From: Lentisphaerota bacterium
GTDB lineage: Bacteria; Verrucomicrobiota; Kiritimatiellia; UBA8416; JABMPJ01
Direction of reading: 5' to 3'
DNA: 64,000 nt
Assembly: GCA_013203785.1 (NCBI GenBank)
Contig: JABMPJ010000047.1
Coordinates: forward strand, 2,459-66,458
This document shows, one piece after another, positions 57,499-64,000 of the stretch. The position numbers were made by a program, and so were the translations under genes. Position 1 is the first letter of the stretch; each line of letters starts with the position of its first letter. The notes beneath the pieces were generated by a model. That model was not told the DNA's origin. It saw only the letters and a list, made by a program, of their open reading frames with translations, and ran no database searches.

Positions 57499-58455
57499 TC
57501 ATCCCTGATTCTGGATCTCTCGATACCACGCCACAAAGCGCTCAATGCCTTCGGCCACGGTGGTGGAGGGATGGTAGTCGAGCAATGCCTGCGCTTTGCG
57601 GACATCGGCGCAGGTGATGGTGACATCGCCAGGCTGCATCGGCTGTCGGTCGAGTATGGCTTTCTTGCCTAGAGCCACCTCAAGGAGGCCGACCAGTTCG
57701 GTCAGACTGGTCGTGCGTGACTCACCGAGATTGATGATCTCGTAGCCCAGATCACGATCCACGGCCGCCTCGACACCATCGATGATATCCGAGCAGTAGG
57801 TATAGTCGCGCTGCGTAGATCCGTCACCGTAGAACGGAATAGGCTGTCCTTCGTCAATCAGGCGCGCGAACTTGTGGATGGCCATATCGGGTCGCTGGCG
57901 CGGGCCGTAGACGGTGAAGAAGCGCAACGCGGTGAAAGAGATCCCATACAGGTGGAAGTAGTTGTAACCATAGAGCTCGCCCGCCGCCTTGGTGGCCGCG
58001 TAGGGGCTCACAGGGCGGTTCACTTGCGCATCCTCTGAGAAAGGGATCTCCTTGACGTTGCCGTAGACGCTGGAGGACGAGGCGAAAACAAAGCGTCGGA
58101 TATCGTGGTGCCGCGCAGCCTCCAGCAAGTTCAGTGTGCCGCGGCAGTTCACCTGCTCATAGAGAATCGGGTCCACCAGGCTGGGGCGCACTCCGGCGCG
58201 AGCGGCCAAGTGTACGATAACGTCGAAGGCATGTGTGTCGAAGAGAGTCGCAAGGAGGCCCTCATCAAGAAGGTCGCCACGTACCACGGTCAAATCGTCA
58301 CGGGCCCCGATTTCAGCCAGATTGCGCTCTTTAATGGCTGGATCGTAGTAGTCGTTGAAACAGTCGAGCACGACAACCTCATCGCCCCGCCCCACCAGGC
58401 GCTTCGTTAGGTGACTCCCAATAAATCCCGCTCCGCCTGTGACTAAAATGCGCAT
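57499..58455 (-). CDS. NAD-dependent SDR epimerase/dehydratase (UDP-glucuronate 4-epimerase / UDP-GlcA decarboxylase-like)
   Basis: MRILVTGGAGFIGSHLTKRL...YAATKAAGE (the YxxxK catalytic pair). The ATG at 58455 is preceded by GGGGGAGGTGG. Confidence 0.8.
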   Translation of the reverse strand: MRILVTGGAGFIGSHLTKRLVGRGDEVVVLDCFNDYYDPAIKERNLAEIGARDDLTVVRGDLLDEGLLATLFDTHAFDVIVHLAARAGVRPSLVDPILYEQVNCRGTLNLLEAARHHDIRRFVFASSSSVYGNVKEIPFSEDAQVNRPVSPYAATKAAGELYGYNYFHLYGISFTALRFFTVYGPRQRPDMAIHKFARLIDEGQPIPFYGDGSTQRDYTYCSDIIDGVEAAVDRDLGYEIINLGESRTTSLTELVGLLEVALGKKAILDRQPMQPGDVTITCADVRKAQALLDYHPSTTVAEGIERFVAWYREIQNQG

Positions 58456-58498
58456 ATCCACCTCCCCCGAGAGCCGTTAGCCGTATCTGAAGAGATTT

Positions 58499-58539
58499 GC
58501 GTGTACGAGTACGGAGTCAGCGAGCGTACTCGTACACGC
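58499..58539. promoter_or_regulatory. Perfect 14-bp inverted repeat GCGTGTACGAGTAC-(13 nt)-GTACTCGTACACGC in the divergent SDR/rfbA promoter region
   Basis: Read directly from the sequence. A related motif sits at 13664-13722. Confidence 0.5.
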
Positions 58540-58703
58540 CTATCTCTCGTCTCTTGACGCCCTCAACCAGCAATCTCACGTAGGCCGCACGTTATACCGC
58601 TAAAGGTTGACCTGTCAATCTGCCGTACGCCCTCTCGCACATTTGGCTTGGCCCAAATCGCTGCCTGCGCTACGTTTACAGCTTGTCGCGTAACAGGAGT
58701 CAC

Positions 58704-59621
58704 ATGGAAACAGAGCAGGACAAACCGAGATGGAAAGGCATCGTACTGGCGGGCGGTACCGGCACACGCTTGCATCCCATTACGCGTGCCGTCAGCAAGC
58801 AGCAGTTACCCGTCTACGACAAGCCCATGATCTACTACCCGGTGTCAACCCTGATGCTGGGCGGCATTCGCGACATTCTGGTTATTTCAACCCCTGCCGA
58901 CCTGCCACGCTTTCAGGATTTGCTAGGCGACGGCTCCGACCTTGGGATACGCTTTGACTATGTCGTACAGGAGGCCCCGCGCGGCATTCCGGAGGCCTTC
59001 ATCTTGGGGGCTGACTTCATTGACGGCGATCCAACCTGCCTGATTTTGGGCGACAACCTCTTTTACGGCGACATGGGGTTTCTGCGCCGCGCCCTGACCT
59101 TCACGGCCGGCGCCACCGTTTTCGGATACCCGGTTCATGATCCCGAACGTTACGGAGTGGTCGATTTTGATGACAAGGGCAAAGTCTTGAGCATCGAAGA
59201 GAAGCCCGCTCATCCCAAGAGCCGTTATGCCGTGCCCGGTCTCTACTGCTATGACGCCCAGGTTGTAGAGGTTGCGCGCAAGCTGAAGCCCTCGCCACGG
59301 GGCGAAACGGAGATTACGGCGGTGAACCAGTGGTATCTCGACCGCGGAAAGCTGCATGTTGGCCTACTCGGACGCGGCATGGCATGGCTGGACACCGGCA
59401 CGCCACAGAGCTTGCTGGAGGCGGGCAACTTTGTCGCCAGTATCGAGAACCGGCAGGGCTTGAAGATCGGTTGCATTGAGGAAGTGGCTTTTCGTATGGG
59501 ATACATTGACGTTGCCGGACTCAAATCTCTAGCGACCCGATTCAAGGGCAACGAGTACGGGCGCTATCTTGAGCAACTGGCGGAAGAAACCCTTAATCCG
59601 CCCCATAACCTTTGTGGATAA
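58704..59621 (+). CDS. rfbA: Glucose-1-phosphate thymidylyltransferase
   Basis: KGIVLAGGTGTRLHPITRAVSKQQLPVYDKPMIYYPVSTLMLGGIRDILVISTP is a near-canonical RmlA N-terminus. ATG at 58704. Confidence 0.9.
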   Translation: METEQDKPRWKGIVLAGGTGTRLHPITRAVSKQQLPVYDKPMIYYPVSTLMLGGIRDILVISTPADLPRFQDLLGDGSDLGIRFDYVVQEAPRGIPEAFILGADFIDGDPTCLILGDNLFYGDMGFLRRALTFTAGATVFGYPVHDPERYGVVDFDDKGKVLSIEEKPAHPKSRYAVPGLYCYDAQVVEVARKLKPSPRGETEITAVNQWYLDRGKLHVGLLGRGMAWLDTGTPQSLLEAGNFVASIENRQGLKIGCIEEVAFRMGYIDVAGLKSLATRFKGNEYGRYLEQLAEETLNPPHNLCG

Positions 59622-59669
59622 TCAAACCGGTCAGACCGGGCATTTAAACCAGAAGAAGCGAGGAAGAGC

Positions 59670-60629
59670 ATGAAGAGAGCAGTCGTATGTGGCGCGGGAG
59701 GATTTATTGGCGGACACCTCGTAAAGAAGCTGAAGGACCAGGGCTATTGGGTTCGCGGTGTAGACATCAAGGAGCAAGAGTTCTGGACACCGCCCTGGGA
59801 CGAATTCGCCCTGCTCGACCTGCGCACAACCACAGCCTGCGAGCAGGCCGTTATGGTGGATGGTGAACCCGTGGACGAGGTCTACCAGCTTGCCGCCGAC
59901 ATGGGCGGCATGGGCTTCATCCATTCGGCCGAATGCGAGATTATGCGCAACAGTGCTCTCTGCAACATCAACATGGTACACGCTGCCTCCACGGCTGGCG
60001 TCTCACGTTACCTTTTTTCTTCCTCGGCCTGCGTCTACCGCAACATGACCAAGGAGGAGGCCGATCTGACCGAAGAGGAAGCCTACCCGGCCATGCCGCA
60101 CAACGAGTATGGGTGGGAGAAACTCTATGCCGAACGCATGGCCATGACCTACGCTCGCAACGGGAACATGACCGCGCGCATCGCGCGCTTCCAGAACTGC
60201 TACGGCCCTTGTGGCACCTGGACCGGTGGCCGCGAGAAGGCTCCCGCCGCCATGTGTCGCAAGATCGCCGCCATCGAGGACGGCGGCACGATCGAGGTGT
60301 GGGGTGATGGCAGTGCCATGCGCGCCTACACCTTGGTAGATGATCTCGTGGACGGCATCTACATCCTGATGCAATCGGACTGCGACGAGCCGGTCAATAT
60401 TGGCCGCAAGGAGTATGTCTCGGTTGATGAGCTGGTGCAGGTCGTGGCCGAAATAGCGGGCAAGACGGTTAACATCAAGCACATCGATGGTCCGGTCGGC
60501 GTCCTGGCGCGTAACTTTACAAACGAGAAGATCCACTCCCTGGGCTGGACATCCAAGTTTTCGCTCAAGGAAGGCATCGTGCGCACCTACCCGTGGGTGG
60601 CCGAACAGCTGGCCAAGCAGAAGCAGTAG
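59670..60629 (+). CDS. NAD-dependent SDR epimerase/dehydratase (nucleotide-sugar epimerase/reductase)
   Basis: MKRAVVCGAGGFIGGHLVKKL...YGWEKLYAE (Yxx(x)K). Length 319 aa. Confidence 0.75.
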   Translation: MKRAVVCGAGGFIGGHLVKKLKDQGYWVRGVDIKEQEFWTPPWDEFALLDLRTTTACEQAVMVDGEPVDEVYQLAADMGGMGFIHSAECEIMRNSALCNINMVHAASTAGVSRYLFSSSACVYRNMTKEEADLTEEEAYPAMPHNEYGWEKLYAERMAMTYARNGNMTARIARFQNCYGPCGTWTGGREKAPAAMCRKIAAIEDGGTIEVWGDGSAMRAYTLVDDLVDGIYILMQSDCDEPVNIGRKEYVSVDELVQVVAEIAGKTVNIKHIDGPVGVLARNFTNEKIHSLGWTSKFSLKEGIVRTYPWVAEQLAKQKQ

Positions 60630-60675
60630 CGGCAACAATGGTACACGTTGGCGGTCCATCCGGCTCGCTTCGGAG

Positions 60676-60707
60676 AGCTCGCCCTGCCTGGGGCGAGCTG
60701 TCTTTTC
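60676..60707 (+). terminator. Candidate Rho-independent terminator downstream of the SDR gene
   Basis: Stem agctcgccc / gggcgagct (60676-60684 / 60691-60699), loop tgcctg, followed by gtcttttc. Confidence 0.45.
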
Positions 60708-60829
60708 ACGGTAGGGCGAGCGCTCCGCACGCCAGGGAAGGCGGATTGTGCCCTGCATAATTTGCGGGCACGGAGTGTGGCTGCAACCTTAGCGTGACAC
60801 CCACTGAGGGAGAGGAAATCCCGACATAC

Positions 60830-62311
60830 ATGGAGCGGATCGAAACAACCATAGCGTGGAGCGCCTTCTGCCTGCTTGCGGCAGTTGTCCTTGTCGCCCC
60901 CTGGTGTTTCGGAGCATGGGAGGCGTGGTGGTTCTGGCCATTCGTGACCGTCATCTTCGCCGCCAGCGCCCTCTTTGGCTTTCAGCTCCTACTCCGAGCC
61001 ACACAGGAGGAGACCCACCCCGTTTCAGGTCGACGCCCCTCCACGCGTGCTGGTTCGCGCCGCCGCCGTTCAGGCGCGCCCCCCAGCGGACGACAAAAGT
61101 GGCGGCTGGCCTGCCTCCTGTCCTGTGGTGCGTTCCTGGCCTACGCCATGCTGCGCATGTTGAGCGCACCGGTCTTCACCGATGCGCAACGAAGCCTGCT
61201 GCTCTTTCTTACCCCCTTCCTCCTCGGCATCCAGGTCGTCTACGGCATGAACAGCCAGCGACGCCTGCTGCTCTTCCGCATCCTTCTCCTCAACCTGCTC
61301 CTTCTCGGCCTCTACGGTATCCTCAACCACATCGCCTGCGGCAGCCGGTGGGTCGTCTGGCGCCCCGGTTATGCGCAGTACTTCATGGGCCATCGCGCCT
61401 CGGGGAGCTACTTTTGTCCCGATCATTACGCCGGACTCATGGAAATAACCCTTTGCATGGCGCTGGCCGTGCTCTGCGGGCGTGGCAGCACACTCCGTTG
61501 GCGTATCGCCTCCCTCCTTGTCGCCGCTGTGGCCGTAGCCGGAGTGGTCATGAGCAAGTCACGCGGTGGCGGCATGGCCACCCTCCTGATTTTGGCAGCG
61601 GCATGGCTCTGGGGCCTGCGAGAGTACCGGCCCCGCGTGCGATGGGCGCTGCGGGGAACAGCCCTGGCGTGCACCATCATAGGTCTCTTGGCGGTCTCAA
61701 TGAGTGGAAGTGCCTACGTCAAGCGCTTCGGCAGCTGGTTCCGCTGGGAGCAGGCCAAAACACAACCTTTCGCCGCGGCCCTGCATACTGTGTCACAGGC
61801 CGTGCACAGCTCCTCCCGATGGATCATGCTATCTGGAGCCATGGAAGCCTGGACCAGCTCGCCGCTGACAGGGATTGGCCCCGGCATGCATCAAAATATC
61901 TGGCCGCATGTGGCGACCAGTGACGACGGCGACAGGGCGCAGGGCATCTGGCCCACAAGGCTCAACAATCGGAACTACTCCTACGAGGTCCATAACGACT
62001 GGGCGCAGCTTTTGGAGGAATATGGACTGATCGGGCTGGTTCTCGCCGCGGCTGTCATGGGAATTCTCAGTCGCACGCTCCTCCTCGCGATATCTCGCAA
62101 TAACGACACGAGGGAGAGTGAAGAGTCCTCTCCCACGGCAAGCGACGCTCTGCCCATCGTCCTGAGCGCCTGGCTGGCACTGATCGCTATGGCCTTCCAC
62201 TCGCTGGGCGATTTTAACCTGCAGATCCCCGCCACGACATGGCTCTTTGCTGTGATCGTTGCGGCAGGAGTGGGCAACGCCACACGCCGCGGCGGTGTAG
62301 CCTCGCGCTGA
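60830..62311 (+). CDS. O-antigen ligase/polymerase-family membrane protein (Wzy_C domain)
   Basis: About 11 TM helices. A large periplasmic loop carries ...GIGPGMHQNIW...YEVHNDWAQLLEEYGLIG, the H-N-D-x-x-x-E-x-G motif typical of the WaaL/Wzy_C family. ATG at 60830 (track start GTG at 60794). Confidence 0.65.
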   Translation: MERIETTIAWSAFCLLAAVVLVAPWCFGAWEAWWFWPFVTVIFAASALFGFQLLLRATQEETHPVSGRRPSTRAGSRRRRSGAPPSGRQKWRLACLLSCGAFLAYAMLRMLSAPVFTDAQRSLLLFLTPFLLGIQVVYGMNSQRRLLLFRILLLNLLLLGLYGILNHIACGSRWVVWRPGYAQYFMGHRASGSYFCPDHYAGLMEITLCMALAVLCGRGSTLRWRIASLLVAAVAVAGVVMSKSRGGGMATLLILAAAWLWGLREYRPRVRWALRGTALACTIIGLLAVSMSGSAYVKRFGSWFRWEQAKTQPFAAALHTVSQAVHSSSRWIMLSGAMEAWTSSPLTGIGPGMHQNIWPHVATSDDGDRAQGIWPTRLNNRNYSYEVHNDWAQLLEEYGLIGLVLAAAVMGILSRTLLLAISRNNDTRESEESSPTASDALPIVLSAWLALIAMAFHSLGDFNLQIPATTWLFAVIVAAGVGNATRRGGVASR

Positions 62312-62342
62312 GCACGACCACCGCACAACATCTATTAGAGGA

Positions 62343-63035
62343 TTGCCCCCTTTGCAGACCCATGTTATCAGTGATATTCACCTCGGTTCCACCGAAGCGC
62401 AGCACGAGCGATTCATGGATTTCGTACGCGGGCTCCCGGCAGGTGCCTGCCTGGTTTTAAACGGCGACGTCGTTAACCACGCCACCAAGCTACAGCCAGG
62501 CCAGGCCGAGAGCACGGCCGCGTTGCGTCTCTTGGCCGAAGAATCGCATCGGCGCCCCGTGATCTGGATCAGGGGCAACAACGACGCGACCTTTCATCCG
62601 GACGACCCCGGGGCCATCCGCTTTGTCGACCACTACGCAATCGAGCATCGACTCTACATCTGCCACGGCCACCGCTTCCTGGCCCCTCCCCCTCCGGTAC
62701 AGTGGCTGCTGCAGCGCATCGGTCGTGCTTGCGAGCGGCTGTGTGCCCGCCGCATGCACACTTTCCATACCTCGGCCTATCTGCGACGTGTGGCCCCACT
62801 CTATCGCCTCGTCTGCAGTCGTCAGGCCCATGCTGCCACCGCCTATGCACGCCACCATGGCTACAGCGCCGTCGCGTGCGGACATACCCATAACGCGGAG
62901 ACCCGCCCCATGAGGGGCGTCACTTTCTTTAATACCGGCTCGTGGACAGACTCCGCGCCACATCAACTTATCGTTGGGGACCAAACCATGGCGTTGCACC
63001 CCATTGGCAATCCGCCTGCGCCGCTCCCCCTGTAA
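62343..63035 (+). CDS. Metallophosphoesterase (LpxH-like UDP-2,3-diacylglucosamine hydrolase family)
   Basis: VISDIHLGS...LVLNGDVVNH...GHTHN form the calcineurin-like phosphoesterase motif set. The start codon is uncertain (TTG at 62343; no in-frame ATG nearby). Confidence 0.6.
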   Translation: MPPLQTHVISDIHLGSTEAQHERFMDFVRGLPAGACLVLNGDVVNHATKLQPGQAESTAALRLLAEESHRRPVIWIRGNNDATFHPDDPGAIRFVDHYAIEHRLYICHGHRFLAPPPPVQWLLQRIGRACERLCARRMHTFHTSAYLRRVAPLYRLVCSRQAHAATAYARHHGYSAVACGHTHNAETRPMRGVTFFNTGSWTDSAPHQLIVGDQTMALHPIGNPPAPLPL

Positions 63036-63063
63036 AGCCCCTATGCCTTCACCCTCCACACCT

Positions 63064-64000
63064 ATGACTCGGCGCGGACCGCTTCTGCGGCGAATCAGCC
63101 AATCAGCCGTAACCTGGGCCTCGCTCGTCACGGTCGTACGAGGGCTCGGCTTCCTACTCGTCATGGCTTATGCCCTACGTTCCCTCTCCCCAAATGACAT
63201 CGGGCTGTGGTACGCCATGCTGGGAATTGTCAATGTATCGCTGATGGCGGAACTGGGCTTCAATACCACCATAGGCCGATTCGTAAGCTTTTATCTCGGA
63301 GGTGCCGTGCATGTCCCTGCGCTAGGACTACGCGGGACGGAAAGTAGCGGCGGACCCAATATGCGGGCCATCGCCGGTCTCATCCGGATGGCGCGGCGAC
63401 TCTATCGTATCCTGGGGACACTCACGGTTGGCCTCACGGCAGGTCTGGGCCTTGGATGGCTGCTGTTTCACGGCCAGACCGCTGATCTCCATACGACTCA
63501 TCTGCTCGTATTCGGCATACTGGCCATCGGTTCAGGGATGAACATGACCGTCCTTTTCTGGCTCGGTATGCTCTTTGGGATGAACAAGGTGCGGCTGCAC
63601 AGCCAGCTCGTGGTAGTGGGCCTTCTTGTGAGCTATGCCGTGACATTCCTCTGTCTCCGGGTCGGCCTGGGGCTCTACGCCCTCGGCGTGGGGCAGATTT
63701 TGATCAACCTCGTTCCCCGTCTGATCTCCCGACGGTGCGTACTGGTCGCCGTCCCAGCCACGGCGTTCGAAGCGGCTCACACCATCTCATGGCGCGCCGT
63801 ATGGCCCATGACGTGGCGGGCAGGACTTCTTCTCGTGGGCTGCTATCTCTGCCTACAGATCATGACGCTCATCTGTTCTTTTGTATGTGATCTCGAGACC
63901 ACGGCCAGCTTCGGACTCACCCTTCAACTTGCGCTCATGCTGCACCTTTTCGCCGCTACATGGTTGGCAACGCGGCTGCCCCAGATCAGCGCCCTGCGCA
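63064..64000 (+). CDS. Multi-pass membrane protein, probable polysaccharide/O-antigen flippase (MOP/Wzx-like), 3'-partial
   Basis: My translation from the ATG at 63064 gives MTRRGPLLRRISQSAVTWASLVTVVRGLGFLLVMAYALRSLSPNDIGLWYAMLGIVNVSLMAELGFNTTIGRFVSFY..., which stays open to the window end. Successive hydrophobic helices are typical of Wzx-type flippases. Not in the ORF track because there is no stop in the window. Confidence 0.45.
   Translation, partial: MTRRGPLLRRISQSAVTWASLVTVVRGLGFLLVMAYALRSLSPNDIGLWYAMLGIVNVSLMAELGFNTTIGRFVSFYLGGAVHVPALGLRGTESSGGPNMRAIAGLIRMARRLYRILGTLTVGLTAGLGLGWLLFHGQTADLHTTHLLVFGILAIGSGMNMTVLFWLGMLFGMNKVRLHSQLVVVGLLVSYAVTFLCLRVGLGLYALGVGQILINLVPRLISRRCVLVAVPATAFEAAHTISWRAVWPMTWRAGLLLVGCYLCLQIMTLICSFVCDLETTASFGLTLQLALMLHLFAATWLATRLPQISALR

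Noticed and set aside
1-64000. Searched for CRISPR arrays, tRNA/rRNA genes, transposases, integrases, phage genes and toxin-antitoxin pairs
   Set aside because: No regularly spaced direct repeats, no tRNA-like cloverleaf candidates in the intergenic regions (all under 300 bp), and no recombinase/transposase-like ORFs. The island-like CAZyme region shows paralog expansion rather than mobile-element signatures.

Overview
High-GC (~62-65%) bacterial chromosomal window. It is densely coding, with frequent GTG/TTG starts and GGAGG-type ribosome-binding sites. I found no rRNA, tRNA, CRISPR array, transposase or integrase. Four functional blocks are visible.

(1) 1-19 kb is a carbohydrate-utilisation island. 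It holds three paralogous ~1000-aa TIM-barrel-type glycoside-hydrolase-like genes (one runs off the 5' edge), three tandem secreted DUF4838/GH20-like paralogs, a transglutaminase-like protein, and a secreted lectin built from two tandemly duplicated discoidin (F5/8-C) domains. An AraC-family regulator is divergently encoded next to the lectin gene.

(2) 20-29 kb holds housekeeping genes: archaeal-type phosphoglycerate mutase, lysS-lolC-lolD, a Gfo/Idh/MocA oxidoreductase, a CPBP protease and a TPR protein.

(3) 29-50 kb is the most interesting region. A minus-strand operon of three type-IV-pilin-like (pseudopilin) genes includes a 971-aa pseudopilin with an FG-GAP beta-propeller. Directly upstream of it, on the same strand and translationally coupled, sits an Arn-like aminoarabinose pathway: a SAM methyltransferase, an ArnT-like GT-C with a novel N-terminal extension, ArnB-, ArnC- and ArnD-like proteins, and an ArnA formyltransferase domain. 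Divergently from this lies a TMTC/PMT-like membrane protein with TPR repeats, then pilM-pilN-pilO-pilP, an inserted Ig-like (He_PIG) lipoprotein, the pilQ secretin, and a catalytically degenerate histidine-kinase-like protein. I read this as a candidate pilin/pseudopilin glycosylation system wired into a type IV pilus locus; lipid A modification cannot be excluded from sequence alone.

(4) 50-64 kb holds panC, a CheY-like receiver, an aminotransferase, a small sugar-catabolism cluster (PfkB kinase, cupin isomerase, mannitol-dehydrogenase-like, one hypothetical), and an LPS/O-antigen cluster (two SDR epimerases, rfbA, O-antigen ligase, LpxH-like phosphoesterase, and a flippase that runs off the 3' edge).

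Family assignments are from motif recognition by eye. No database searches were run.
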